A stretch of DNA of 64,000 bases from Candidatus Hydrogenedentota bacterium (GTDB lineage: Bacteria; Hydrogenedentota; Hydrogenedentia; Hydrogenedentales; SLHB01), in the NCBI GenBank assembly GCA_963668025.2, contig CAXXTH010000010.1, positions 1 through 64,000 on the forward strand, given 5' to 3'. The position numbers and the translations under genes are program-made. Positions 20,122-30,903 of this stretch are shown piece after piece. The number at the start of each line of letters is the position of its first letter. Within the stretch, counting starts at the first letter, position 1. The notes beneath the pieces are model-generated. The model did not search any database. It worked only from the letters and a program-made list of their open reading frames with translations, and had not been told where the DNA came from.

Positions 20122-21467
20122 CATAAGCGCTAACCTTATATTGCCTCCATCAAACCACGCAACTGTTGCATTCGCTTCCTTGGGGGCTCTGCCAGATCTC
20201 TCGCGATTTCCCGCCACTGGCTGATGCATTCGGATAATCCAAGCGTCGGATTGACCGCTTGGCGAAGGAGGTGCAAGGCGAAAGAGAGTTCGCGCCACAA
20301 GGAGGCCTCGCGGTAGATATCGTCACAGTGGATATCCCCAGGGGGAAAAAAAGCGCCCCTCATCAACAATGGCCTGGGCAAGGCAGGAGACAAGCATTTT
20401 GCCGTGGAGCCAAGCCTTGGCCGACTCCTCGTCTTCCTTTGGCAAGTGTCCCAATCCCATAATCGACTTCATCCGTTTGAAGGCCAACTCCACCTGCCAG
20501 CGCGCCCGGTACAACTCGATAACCTGGTGCGGCGATATTGAATCCGGCAAGGATGTGGCCAGTATGACGTAGCGATGCAGCACAAGCGTTTCGGGATCCA
20601 GACTCCGTTGCTTCTTGCTTAGCTCTTTCTTCGCCCGGCGGATGCTTTGCGCGGCGGCTTCCTCGCTCAAACGCAGCGCACAGATCCGTAGCGCCAGCTC
20701 CTCCTGCCCCTTTGCCTGGCCAATCAGGGCCCAATCACCCACTTCCCCTACCTCTAGAGACGCCACCAATCCAGCCAGTGGACAGGTGTTCCCTGCGCCA
20801 TTCCGAAGACTGAAGGCTTTATTCTTAAGACGCGTCAGAAAGTTCCCGTTATGGCCGAGCACATAACGAAAACCTTTGAGATGCCCATAAGCACGATCTC
20901 CGAGCAATAGGTCGCCAGGCGAGACTCGGAATCGCGCGAAACTCTCTCCAACCTTCGGGCCGGTAATATGAAACTCATCGCATTGAAGACCGTATAAACA
21001 TAGGCTGTAGTGAACGCGCCAGTCCGTTCCCGTGCTTCCCGGTTCGCAGACAACGCTCGCATCCACGACGCGAACACGGTAATACTCCAGCCATGCAGGC
21101 CGAACGCACGGTCCCGCGCGACGTTGAAGTATCTCTACGGCCATCCACCGCAGCCATTCCCCCGAAGCACGCAACCGCTTAAGAAGTGCCACATCCGACA
21201 CGGACGCCACATTCCCTTCTCGAGCACGAACGACAGCCTCACGCAGAGAACACCCATCCGCCAAATGGATCAACAGCAAGCGCAGGAGCGATTCCGTCGA
21301 CGATATAGAACGAGGCTTGCGGTGCCACGCGCCCAATTCACGAGCCTTGTCCTCCCATCCAGCAGGGAGAAAACGCTGTAAACACTGCCAATTCTCATTC
21401 CACGCTGCTTCCATGCACCCAGTATAGAAGATTCGTCAGGAGACATCAAATAAGGTTAGCGCTTATG
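20122..21467 (-). mobile_element. IS4-family (IS186-like) insertion sequence
   Basis: Perfect TIRs CATAAGCGCTAACCTTA / TAAGGTTAGCGCTTATG, resembling IS186 ends. No TSD (flanks are G15 and cccgtgaacc). Confidence 0.85.
20323..21414 (-). CDS. IS4-family transposase
   Basis: Motifs SDVALLKRLR, VVDASVV, LLGDRAY and YRARWQVELAFKRMKS (YREK motif). Confidence 0.88.
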   Translation of the reverse strand: MEAAWNENWQCLQRFLPAGWEDKARELGAWHRKPRSISSTESLLRLLLIHLADGCSLREAVVRAREGNVASVSDVALLKRLRASGEWLRWMAVEILQRRAGPCVRPAWLEYYRVRVVDASVVCEPGSTGTDWRVHYSLCLYGLQCDEFHITGPKVGESFARFRVSPGDLLLGDRAYGHLKGFRYVLGHNGNFLTRLKNKAFSLRNGAGNTCPLAGLVASLEVGEVGDWALIGQAKGQEELALRICALRLSEEAAAQSIRRAKKELSKKQRSLDPETLVLHRYVILATSLPDSISPHQVIELYRARWQVELAFKRMKSIMGLGHLPKEDEESAKAWLHGKMLVSCLAQAIVDEGRFFSPWGYPL

Positions 21468-21776
21468 CCCGTGAACCCTGTACAATCTCCCAAACAGTCC
21501 CAGATGGCCCTCTTTGCATTCGATTCCTCATGAAAGCAGTTCCCCTATGAATATTTCTGGGGGAACTCCTGGAAGATTTTAAGTGGAAGAAATTCGGCTG
21601 TGGAAGAAATCCCGAAAGATCCCCCAAAATTCGACAAGGACACTTCTATAGACGGGTAACTCTATTCAATACAATTAGTTGCAGTTATAAACCCCATTTC
21701 TTGGGGGAACTCCTGTTTTTCAATCTTCATCGCGGAATTACGGGGCTGCTTTCCATTATTTGGCGTATCTGCTTCA

Positions 21777-24737
21777 TTATAGGTGGATTCCAAAGCCATC
21801 CATCACATCCCGGTAGATTCGCCGGACGCCCTCTCGATGTCTTCTAACAAGCTCGGATAAATCGCCCTCAATACCCACGCGGCGCGCCAGATCCATTCGT
21901 GCCGCAGGATCAGCCGGGAGCTCACTCCCAGAAGCTCCTTCCGCCATGCGGATACGGTTCTCGATGCGCCGGAATACGGTGTATGCATCGAGTAACACAT
22001 GGACGTCTTCTTCCGGCAGTGCGCCAAGACGCTGAAGCGCCTCCAAAGCGCCGCGCACGGCGGGGCATCGCGCTTCTTGCGCTTCCCTTCCATACCTCAA
22101 TTGAAGGAGGCGCGTGGCGAATTCGATCTCGATAAGCCCGCCTTTCTGATTTTTCAGATCGCGCTCCGAGGCTTCCGCAGCGATTTTATCGCGGATTTTG
22201 GCAATATTCGCCGCATCTTCCGGAGAGAATGGACGTTCAAAGGCCAGTCTCTGTATGCAAGCTCTTGCTTCTTCCATGAATGAGGCGTCTCCCGCCACGG
22301 GCCTCGCCTTCACCAAGGCAAGACGCTCCCAGGACTGGGCCTCCCGGGTGTAATAATCCACCAGCCGTTCGGTGCTGGCCGCGAGCACGCCTTTTTTCCC
22401 ATCGGGCCGCAGCCGGGCGTCCACATCATACAAAACGCCATGGCGCGTCCGCTCTTTTAATACATTAATGACACCCGAGGCCACGGCGGCGAAATACTCG
22501 GAGGACGCCATGCCCGATTCCGCATGGGCTTGGGCGTCATACGCAAACACCAAGTCCAGATCGCTGCCATACCCCAGCTCCGCGCCGCCCAGCTTGCCAA
22601 ACCCGAGCACCGCGAAACCGCCATTCATACCGCCATACCGCTTTTCCGTGCGGACGCGTGATTGCTTAAGGGCATGTTCAATGCATACTTCCGCCAGCAG
22701 GGTGAGTTCACGCCCCACCTGGAACACATCCGCCCCACAAAAAAGCTCGCGCATGCCGATGCGCAGCGTCTCGCCTGCGTGGAGGCGATAAATAGCCGCG
22801 TCGGATTCATAGGCGGCCGATAGAGCCGCCAGCAGGCCATCGAGTTCCTCGCGCGCCGAAGGCATTTCCAACGCCTGAGGGGCCTCGAAGGTCTCGAATA
22901 GGCCGGGATCATGCAGCAGAATCTGCGTGAGATAGCGGCTGTTGGCCGCTAAAGCCACCAAGTACTCACAAAGCTGCGGTGAATCATTGAGCAAATCATA
23001 CAATCCGCCGGTCGCCCGAATATTCGCGAGCACTTGGCCCAGGCGCATGAGGATCATATCCGGTTCGCTCTGTTTTGCTGCGTATTCGAGGAGCACTGGC
23101 GCAACCGTAGTGAATTGCCGCCGCACATGCAGTGAGTGGGGCCGCTCCGCGGGGCCGCCGTAGAGCTGCATGAGCTCCTCGCGCGCCCGCTCGGGCTCCG
23201 CAAAGCCGAGGGCGGCCAATTTGGCAAGGCCCGCCTGGCCTCCATGCTGCGGATGCAGCAGATCGTAAATCCAGCGCGTTCCAGAACCTTCGGCAATAAG
23301 GAAACGTTCGAGAATGGCCCTCGAGGCCTCGGCGCGCTCCTGGTAATCGCGCATGAAAGATTCGCCGGATTCATATCCTAACCGCCGCGCAAAGAGCTCC
23401 AGCTCGCGCGGGTCGTTGGGCAGCACATGGATCTGCTGGCTCCCTTCGATCTGGAGGCGGTGTTCAACGCGCCGCATGAACGTATAATTCGCCGCCAGCG
23501 CACCTGCTTCAAGGGGGCGCAAAAGGTCATGGCGGCCCAGGGCGCCAATGGCGTCAAGGGTATTAATGGCGCGCAATTCGGGAAAACGCCCGCCGTTGAG
23601 CAATTGGAGCATCTGCACCGTGAATTCGATATCGCGTATGCCGCCACGTCCGAGTTTTACTTCCGTATAGGTTTGGCCGCGCTGCTCGATTTGAGCCTCG
23701 AGCTGGGCCTTCACCTGCCGGATATCCTCGAGGGTCTCGTCATCGAAATAACGCGGATAGACAAAAGGCCGGGTGCGCTCGATGAATGCTTCGCCAAGAG
23801 CCAGATCGCCCGCCGCCGGACGGGCCTTGATTAATGCCTGGCGCTCCCATGCGCGGCCGGTGGTCTCGAAGTAGGCCACGGCAGAATCGAGGCACACGGC
23901 GAGTGGGGCCACATTCCCATAAGGCCGCAGCCGCATGTCCACGCGAAAAACATGGCCTTCGCTGGTCTGTTCCGAGATCGCCCGGATAAGGCGCTCTCCG
24001 AGCTTTTGGAAATAGACCTCATTCACCGTTTTCCCAGAAGCGCCGCCGGATGTTTCCCCATCCTGGGAGTAGATAAACACCAGATCAATATCTGAACTGA
24101 AATTAAGTTCGCGTCCGCCCAGCTTGCCCATGGCCAGCACGCAAAAGGTAGCGGAGGATTCGCCATACCGGCGTTGCAGCTCTTGGGAAGCACAAAAGAG
24201 CGCCGCTTCGAGCGTGGCGTCGGCGAGATTGGATAGATCCTCCGTGACCGAACGGACCGAAGCATGCGCGAAGATATCGCGCGTGGCGATACGGAGAATC
24301 TCACGCCGTTTGAAACGCCGCATGGACTGGCATTGCGCATCAAAGACATTGAAGGCCTTCACTTGATTCAGCAACGCAACGCACTGTTCTTCCCTGCGGC
24401 TGGGCTGGTCTAGAGCGGCCTCACCCCACAACCACACCATGAATGCCGGATTGCGGCAGATGATATCCGTTAGGAAATGGCTCTCGCCTAGCAGCGTCGC
24501 CAGCAAATCCAGATAGCGTGGAGCGGATACAATAAACGCCAGTTCGGAGCGCCGGTTCATGCACGCATCAAAATAGCGTGTCAGCCGCACCAGAAGCATA
24601 TCCGGGCATGGACTGCGTGCGAGCACGCCCGCGAGAAGTTCAGCGGCGCTAGGATGCGCGGCATCCAGCAACGCGTCCAAGGCCTCCTCCGCTTTGGCAT
24701 GATCCTCGAAAGGTATCCCGCGGAACGCATCAAGCAC
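21777..24737 (-). CDS. glnE: Bifunctional glutamine synthetase adenylyltransferase/adenylyl-removing enzyme
   Basis: Two NTase domains: MGKLGGRELNFSSDIDL...VDMRLRP and FGKLGGAELGYGSDLDL...VDARLRP. GTG start inferred, overlapping the upstream stop. Confidence 0.92.
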   Translation of the reverse strand: MLDAFRGIPFEDHAKAEEALDALLDAAHPSAAELLAGVLARSPCPDMLLVRLTRYFDACMNRRSELAFIVSAPRYLDLLATLLGESHFLTDIICRNPAFMVWLWGEAALDQPSRREEQCVALLNQVKAFNVFDAQCQSMRRFKRREILRIATRDIFAHASVRSVTEDLSNLADATLEAALFCASQELQRRYGESSATFCVLAMGKLGGRELNFSSDIDLVFIYSQDGETSGGASGKTVNEVYFQKLGERLIRAISEQTSEGHVFRVDMRLRPYGNVAPLAVCLDSAVAYFETTGRAWERQALIKARPAAGDLALGEAFIERTRPFVYPRYFDDETLEDIRQVKAQLEAQIEQRGQTYTEVKLGRGGIRDIEFTVQMLQLLNGGRFPELRAINTLDAIGALGRHDLLRPLEAGALAANYTFMRRVEHRLQIEGSQQIHVLPNDPRELELFARRLGYESGESFMRDYQERAEASRAILERFLIAEGSGTRWIYDLLHPQHGGQAGLAKLAALGFAEPERAREELMQLYGGPAERPHSLHVRRQFTTVAPVLLEYAAKQSEPDMILMRLGQVLANIRATGGLYDLLNDSPQLCEYLVALAANSRYLTQILLHDPGLFETFEAPQALEMPSAREELDGLLAALSAAYESDAAIYRLHAGETLRIGMRELFCGADVFQVGRELTLLAEVCIEHALKQSRVRTEKRYGGMNGGFAVLGFGKLGGAELGYGSDLDLVFAYDAQAHAESGMASSEYFAAVASGVINVLKERTRHGVLYDVDARLRPDGKKGVLAASTERLVDYYTREAQSWERLALVKARPVAGDASFMEEARACIQRLAFERPFSPEDAANIAKIRDKIAAEASERDLKNQKGGLIEIEFATRLLQLRYGREAQEARCPAVRGALEALQRLGALPEEDVHVLLDAYTVFRRIENRIRMAEGASGSELPADPAARMDLARRVGIEGDLSELVRRHREGVRRIYRDVMDGFGIHL

Positions 24738-25887
24738 CCGAACGCCTCCCCGCGCGCCACGCACGCACGGCGTTTTCCGCGGCATGCGCCAAGAGCACAG
24801 CGATGCGCGAGCGCGATTCCTCAAACGGCATGGGGCCATCGGCAATCGCGAATGCCGCATCGAGTCCCATGGCGTAGAGCGTCTCGTAACCTGGCTTCAA
24901 GCGTCCCGCGAACGCAATCGCACTTGCGCCTGCTTCCGCCGCCAATTCGGCGACCCCCGCCGGAACCTTGCCATTGGCGGTCTGCTCATCCAGGCAGCCT
25001 TCACCGGTCAGCACCAAATCGACGCCGCGCAGGCGTTCGCGCAGGCGGCACGCCTCGGCGATGATCTCAAAACCACGCCGGATTTTGCCGTCCGCAAACG
25101 CCATCAAACCTGCCGCCAGGCCGCCCGCCGCCCCCGCGCCTGGAATGTCGATCACGGGAATGCCAAGCTGGGATTCGATCATCGCGCCATAATGGCTCAA
25201 CGCGGCATCAAGCTCTTCCACGATTTCAGGCGTAGCGCCTTTCTGCGGCCCATATACGCGCGAAGCGCCATAACGGCCTACGAGGGGATTCGTCACATCG
25301 CACGCCACTAAGATCTCGCACGTATCCAGGCGGGGATGCCGCCCGTTGATGTCGATACGGGCCAAATCCGCCAGCGCGGCCCCGCCAGGCGGCAGTTCAT
25401 GCATGCGTCCATCATATAAATGGCAGCCTAGCGCCTGGGCCATGCCCGCCCCGCCGTCATTGGTGGCGCTTCCGCCCAAGCCGATGATGATGCGATCAAC
25501 TCCCCGGTCGAGGGCGTCATGTATCAACTCACCTGTGCCGCAGGTCGTGGTGATGCGGGGATCACGGCGCTCGGGAGGAACCAGGGCCAGGCCCGATGCG
25601 GCGGCCATCTCGATGATCGCCGTTTTCCCGCCATCGATGAGGCCGTAAAATGCGTCGACCGGCTCGCCCAAAGGCCCTGTGGCCTTCAGCTCGATGCGTT
25701 CTCCGCCCACGGCGGCCAGCAAGGCGTCCACCGCGCCCTCGCCTCCATCCGCCATGGGGATTTGCGTGACCCGCGCATGCGGCAGCGCCCGGCGCACGCC
25801 TTCCGCCAACGCCGCCGCCACTTCCGCCGCGCTGGCGCTTTCTTTGAACGAATCGGGCGCTACCACCACCTGTATATCTGATATCAA
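24730..25887 (-). CDS. Glycerate kinase (GlxK/GarK family)
   Basis: Motifs VVAPDSFKES, PMADGGEG, GLGGSATNDGG, GPQKGA, GAGAAGG and TGEG. TTG start after RBS AGGAGG. Confidence 0.9.
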   Translation of the reverse strand: MISDIQVVVAPDSFKESASAAEVAAALAEGVRRALPHARVTQIPMADGGEGAVDALLAAVGGERIELKATGPLGEPVDAFYGLIDGGKTAIIEMAAASGLALVPPERRDPRITTTCGTGELIHDALDRGVDRIIIGLGGSATNDGGAGMAQALGCHLYDGRMHELPPGGAALADLARIDINGRHPRLDTCEILVACDVTNPLVGRYGASRVYGPQKGATPEIVEELDAALSHYGAMIESQLGIPVIDIPGAGAAGGLAAGLMAFADGKIRRGFEIIAEACRLRERLRGVDLVLTGEGCLDEQTANGKVPAGVAELAAEAGASAIAFAGRLKPGYETLYAMGLDAAFAIADGPMPFEESRSRIAVLLAHAAENAVRAWRAGRRSGA

Positions 25888-25959
25888 CTCGCGCCTCCTT
25901 TTTATCCCACACAAAAACAGCGAATTCGGCTTACGTACAGAAGCCGCGCCGCTTATTCG

Positions 25960-27234
25960 TTATATTAGCCGCTCAACCGTCTTACGAATCGTATCCAGCA
26001 CCACTTCCGCCGCCTCGGAAGCTGGATCGCTCAAACGCGGCAGGAAAATGGTGCGCTCCGCCGCCAATTCCGCGCCGGGAAAATCGCCGCGTTTGTATCC
26101 CTTGTATCCTTTCGAGGGACACAACGGGCCGCGATTACGTGTAAACAGGTCGAATCCTTCCGCGAAAAGCGGCAGCTCATGCAACAGAGCATAGGGTTTA
26201 CAACCCACCACAAGCCCCGCTTCTTGGAGAGCGCTAACAAGGGCCTCCGTGGAAACGCCACCCATGGCTTCCGGCTCATGGATCACGGGGAAACCGTAGA
26301 AGCCGCCCCGTTCCGTGTTGGGATAGGTTTTGACAGGCCGCAATCCCGGAATATCCGCCAGGCCTGCCTCCACGGCTTCCAGGTACGCTTTGCGCCGCGC
26401 ATTAAGCATCTCCAATTTCGCGAATTGCACCGAAGCGATGCCGATGCCCAGGGGATGGGCGCGGAATTTCATCCCCAGCCCGAGAGGCTGGTATCGCTCA
26501 TATCGGGATGTTACCAGGTCCACGCCCTTCATCCGGTTCACCTGGCCGCATAGACAGGCCCGCTCGAAAATCTCCACATCATCGGTGGCCAGCACGCCCC
26601 CCTCCCCTGCGCTGACGGCTTTCGAGCCTTGCAGGCTCCATACCCCCGCCGCGCCCAGAGAGCCGCATATGCGCCCGCTGTATTTCGCGCCGTGGGCGTG
26701 CGAGCAATCCTCAAGGACGGGGATGTGGTTTTGGCGTGCAATAAATAGAATGGGATTGAGGTCGCATACATTGCCCCATAGATGCACTGGAACCACACAA
26801 GCCGTATGCCCGCTGATTTTCGCCTCGAAATCCGCCGGGTCCATCAATAAGGTTTCGGGGTCCACATCACAGAAAACCGGGCGAGCGCCGAGAAAAACCG
26901 CGGGCGCTATCGTGCCAATCCACGTATTGACGGGACAGATCACTTCGTCGCCAGGGCCCACGCCGATTCCGAAAAAAGCGCTATACAACGCGCCTGTGCC
27001 GTTCATCACCGTGAGGGCATACCGCAAACCCGCCCATTCCCGCCATCGCTGCTCGAACGCGCGAACAACAGGCGTGCCGCCGGACAACTCATTGCGCCGG
27101 ATCATCTCCGTGGCAATGCCTGCTTCCTCTTCCGTGATCTGGCTCCATCGATCTAGTTCGGGCAATACCGTGCTCGCTGTCTGCACAAAAGCCCGTGAAC
27201 CGGACGTATTTTCACTGCCATTAGGTTCCACCAT
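25960..27234 (-). CDS. DegT/DnrJ/EryC1/StrS family PLP-dependent aminotransferase
   Basis: Motifs NGTGAL, GPGDEVI, VHLWG, EDCSHAHG and SLQGSKAVSAGEGG. Confidence 0.88.
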   Translation of the reverse strand: MVEPNGSENTSGSRAFVQTASTVLPELDRWSQITEEEAGIATEMIRRNELSGGTPVVRAFEQRWREWAGLRYALTVMNGTGALYSAFFGIGVGPGDEVICPVNTWIGTIAPAVFLGARPVFCDVDPETLLMDPADFEAKISGHTACVVPVHLWGNVCDLNPILFIARQNHIPVLEDCSHAHGAKYSGRICGSLGAAGVWSLQGSKAVSAGEGGVLATDDVEIFERACLCGQVNRMKGVDLVTSRYERYQPLGLGMKFRAHPLGIGIASVQFAKLEMLNARRKAYLEAVEAGLADIPGLRPVKTYPNTERGGFYGFPVIHEPEAMGGVSTEALVSALQEAGLVVGCKPYALLHELPLFAEGFDLFTRNRGPLCPSKGYKGYKRGDFPGAELAAERTIFLPRLSDPASEAAEVVLDTIRKTVERLI

Positions 27235-28133
27235 CGCATGCCGCCTTATACATACTGTCCCATCAAACCCGGAAAACATCCTAAGATTTTATTCTGGAGG
27301 AAGGAATGTCCATATGCACAATCAGCATACATTGCATTTTTGAACAGGTCAAAGTGTGGCAGGGCCAGGGTAATCGCATCCGAAAAGCTTCGTTCTTTCT
27401 CTTTGCCGTTTGAGTGTTTAACGTCTTGCTCTCAAGCTTCTACAAAATAAACAAGAGGTTTTTTCATTGTAGGTATGTCGCGCCTTAAACGGTTGCATTC
27501 CTTGCGGCTTCGCGCGAAATAGATGAGCAGGGATGGCGCGCTGTATCGCTAGCAGGAATCCCATTCGATTTATACGATTTATGCGCACGCAAAGCCGCCA
27601 TGAACGCAAGGATTTATGGAATCTAGCGATAGTGATATCTCAACGCATCCTATATCCCGATGGCAAACAACAATGCGCACAAACAACAATGCCAGTGAAA
27701 ACATATCGAGATGATTCAAAATGATAACTAAATTGACGGAATATGCTATATCCAAACGGCATAAATATCGCTATGCTTACGCCGCAAATACTACGAATTG
27801 ATTACATATTCAGGAGGGCTAGAACAAACCAATACTAACACCAATACTAACAATTAAGAGAATCTCGCGTATTGTCTTTTTTGGGGAAGAGGCGCCCATG
27901 TAGTGGAAATGGGTAAGCCGTGCGTACTGACGTATTCGCGTTCATTCACGCCCATTCGCGGTTAAAAACAGTTTGGTCGCAGCCAAGCCACGCTATGTGT
28001 TTCGAGGCTGGGAAATCCGTATTTTTGGATGCTTATTTGCCGTATCATGCTTTATTGCATCACGTCGTCAAGGAATGCCAGAATATCTGCGGATTGCTGC
28101 GAACTGTCTTAAATCAACTACGAAAGGTTGCGT

Positions 28134-29000
28134 ATGATTATTGACGCGCATAATCATCCGGATTGGCATGGACACAATTTTGAACGATATATCGGAAACA
28201 TGGATCGGCACCATATTGACGCCACCTGGCTGCTTGCCTGGGAAGCGCCTCGGGACGAATGGGATCCGGTATATTACAAATTCTGCCCCCATCCGGGAGC
28301 TGGCGGACCGGTTCCATTTACGCGCTGCCTTTCCTATAAGGAACGTGCGCCAGAACGTTTTGTACTGGGCTATGCGGTTGACCCGCGCCTTCCCGAGGCC
28401 ATCGATTTGCTTGAAGGGGCCGTCGCGGTCTATGGCGTGCAGGTGTATGGCGAATTGAAGCTGCGCATGTGTTATGACAACCCGGACGCGTTGCGCATGT
28501 ACCGTTTTTGCGGCGAACGCGGCTTGCCGGTGGTGATGCATCTCAATTATGAATTCGCGAGCGCCAATAGATACCCCCGTTCGAGTTACTGGTATGGGGG
28601 CGGATTTGATGCGCTGGCCCGGGCGGTGCGCATGTGTCCCGATACGATTTTTTTGGGCCATGCCCCTGGATTCTGGGCGCATCTCTCAGGAGATGATAAA
28701 CCGGAAAAAGAGCCATATCCCAGAGGCCCGGTCGAGCCTGGCGGCAAGCTGCCCGCGCTGATGCGGGAATGCTCGAATTTATGGTGCGATCTATCTGCTG
28801 GCTCCGGACTCAACGCCCTCAAGCGCGATCCGGAATTCAGCCGGATGTTTTTAATCGAATTCCAGGACCGCTGTATCTATGGGCGCGACATATTTGACAA
28901 TGCACATCAGGACTTTATCGAAAGCATCTATTTGCCTGCGGACGTGAAAGAAAAAGTCTATTCAGGCAATGCGCTGAGATTAGCGCCGATTAAAAAGTAA
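28134..29000 (+). CDS. Amidohydrolase_2 family metal-dependent hydrolase
   Basis: Motifs IIDAHNH, YGELK, PVVMH, FLGHAPG, DLSAGSG and IYGRD. Confidence 0.8.
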   Translation: MIIDAHNHPDWHGHNFERYIGNMDRHHIDATWLLAWEAPRDEWDPVYYKFCPHPGAGGPVPFTRCLSYKERAPERFVLGYAVDPRLPEAIDLLEGAVAVYGVQVYGELKLRMCYDNPDALRMYRFCGERGLPVVMHLNYEFASANRYPRSSYWYGGGFDALARAVRMCPDTIFLGHAPGFWAHLSGDDKPEKEPYPRGPVEPGGKLPALMRECSNLWCDLSAGSGLNALKRDPEFSRMFLIEFQDRCIYGRDIFDNAHQDFIESIYLPADVKEKVYSGNALRLAPIKK

Positions 29001-29051
29001 CTTATGACGAAATCCGGATGGGAAACAATGGAGCCAATGGAGGAAATATGC

Positions 29052-29870
29052 ATGAAACCCGGTATTAATCAGTGGGGATTCCCTGGCGGCATGCCTGCAA
29101 CCGAGTGTATTTCGCTCGCGAAATCCCTGGGTTTCACCTCGTTCGAGGTGTGTGTGGGCGAGGAAGGGCCTACGCTCTTGTCTATCACGGAAGCGGAAGC
29201 CACGGCCATCCGGAAACATGCGGAGAAAGAAGGCGTCGCCCTTCACAGTGTCGCCTCCGGCATGGGCTGGCAATATCCGTTGACTTCCACCGAAGCGGAA
29301 GTCCACGCAAAAGGGCGGGCGGGAGTTGCGCGCACACTCGAGATCGCCCATTGGCTCGGGGCGGAAGCTATTTTACTTGTACCGGGTATCGTGGACGAAA
29401 AAACGCCGTATGACCTTGCCTGGCAGAATGCCCTGTCGGGCATACGCGCCTTGTTGCCCGAAGCGGAAAAGCACGGCGTGATCATCGGCGTTGAAAATGT
29501 ATGGAACAAATTCCTGCTGAGCCCGATGGAGATGCGCACGTTCATCGACGAATGCGGCAGCCCGTTTGTGGGGGCTTATGTGGATGTGGGCAACATGCTC
29601 CCATACGGCTACCCAGAACAATGGATCCGCATCCTTGGCAAACGGATCTGTGCGATCCATATGAAGGATTTCCGCTGTTCGGTGGGAACGCTGGGCGGAT
29701 TCGTCATGCTGCTCGAGGGAGATGTGAACTGGCCAGCAGTGATGGCTGAACTGCGCGCTATCGGGTACTCGCGCGGCCTTACGGCGGAATTCTGGCCCTA
29801 TGCGCATTCGCTGGAAGGCATGCTCAAACAGGCCAGTGTAAGTTTGAACACCATCCTTTCTATGCACTAA
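29052..29870 (+). CDS. Sugar-phosphate isomerase/epimerase (xylose-isomerase-like TIM barrel)
   Basis: Motifs GVENVWNKFLLSP, YVDVGN, IHMKDF and GDVNWPAV...TAE. Confidence 0.82.
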   Translation: MKPGINQWGFPGGMPATECISLAKSLGFTSFEVCVGEEGPTLLSITEAEATAIRKHAEKEGVALHSVASGMGWQYPLTSTEAEVHAKGRAGVARTLEIAHWLGAEAILLVPGIVDEKTPYDLAWQNALSGIRALLPEAEKHGVIIGVENVWNKFLLSPMEMRTFIDECGSPFVGAYVDVGNMLPYGYPEQWIRILGKRICAIHMKDFRCSVGTLGGFVMLLEGDVNWPAVMAELRAIGYSRGLTAEFWPYAHSLEGMLKQASVSLNTILSMH

Positions 29871-29898
29871 GTTACGTGGAAAAAGGGAGAATAGACGC

Positions 29899-30870
29899 AT
29901 GCGGGTGGGACTCATTGGTTGCGGCGGCATGGGGAATGTCCATGCCCAAATGGTGGCGAACTGCGGATTGCACATTACAGTCTGCGGCGACACGCTCGAA
30001 ACTAAAGCGCAGGCGATTGCAACGCGGTTCGGCGCGGAGGCGACAACGGATTGCATGGGGCTTGTCCAGCGGGATGACGTGGATATCGTGGCTATCACCA
30101 CGCCCACGCCAGCTCATGCGCCCTATGTCATCGCGGCGGCGCGGGCGGGTAAAACGATCTTTTGCGAAAAACCTTTTACGCGAACTTGGCCAGAATGCGA
30201 GGCGGCGGTGGCGGCGGTCAAAGAGGCGGGAGTCAAGCTCTATGTAGGCCATGTGCTGCGATTCTTCCAGGAATTCGAAGCGCTGCGCGCGCAAGTGGCC
30301 GCGGGCCAGATCGGCAAGCCCGGTTTCGTACGCACGTATCGGGGAGGCATCTTCCCATTAGGTGAAGGGAAATGGTTCCGGGATTACGCCCAGAGCGGCG
30401 GCGTCACCTATGACTGCATCATCCATGATTTCGACTGGCTGCGCTACATGTTCGGCAATCCCGAGCGGATTTACAGCCATGCCATCGAACGCGATGACGC
30501 CATCAACTACGCCCACGTCACCATGCGCTTTCCGGGCGAAGTGATATCGAGCACTACGGGCTCGTGGGCCCATCCCGCTGGATTCCGCGTCAAAGCGGAA
30601 ATCTGCGGCGACCAGGGCATGCTCCAATTCGATAACGACGAAGCGCCTATATCCGTCATGATGCGGACAGTGCCTGGGGCGTCGCCGGATATGATCGTGC
30701 CTGGAAGCCCCGTGCCTACAAGCCCCTACCAGCTCGAATGGGAAGATTTTCTGGGCTGGCTGCGGGATGAGCATCCGCCTCGAGTAACGGTCGAGGATGC
30801 TGTGTGGGCCGTGCGGATGGGCCTGGGCGCTCTCGAATCCGCCCGCACCAAACAGCCCGTGTTGTTTTAA
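29899..30870 (+). CDS. Gfo/Idh/MocA family oxidoreductase
   Basis: Motifs GLIGCGGMG, FCEKP and GGVTYDCIIHDFD. Confidence 0.9.
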   Translation: MRVGLIGCGGMGNVHAQMVANCGLHITVCGDTLETKAQAIATRFGAEATTDCMGLVQRDDVDIVAITTPTPAHAPYVIAAARAGKTIFCEKPFTRTWPECEAAVAAVKEAGVKLYVGHVLRFFQEFEALRAQVAAGQIGKPGFVRTYRGGIFPLGEGKWFRDYAQSGGVTYDCIIHDFDWLRYMFGNPERIYSHAIERDDAINYAHVTMRFPGEVISSTTGSWAHPAGFRVKAEICGDQGMLQFDNDEAPISVMMRTVPGASPDMIVPGSPVPTSPYQLEWEDFLGWLRDEHPPRVTVEDAVWAVRMGLGALESARTKQPVLF

Positions 30871-30903
30871 ATCGAGCGCATGCGCGTTAACCGGAGAATA
30901 GAC

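Noticed and set aside
27300-28120. Long AT-rich intergenic region with a 12-bp tandem (accaatactaac x2 at 27828-27851) as an ncRNA or origin
   Set aside because: No convincing structure, DnaA-box cluster or credible ORF; probably a divergent promoter region with repeats.
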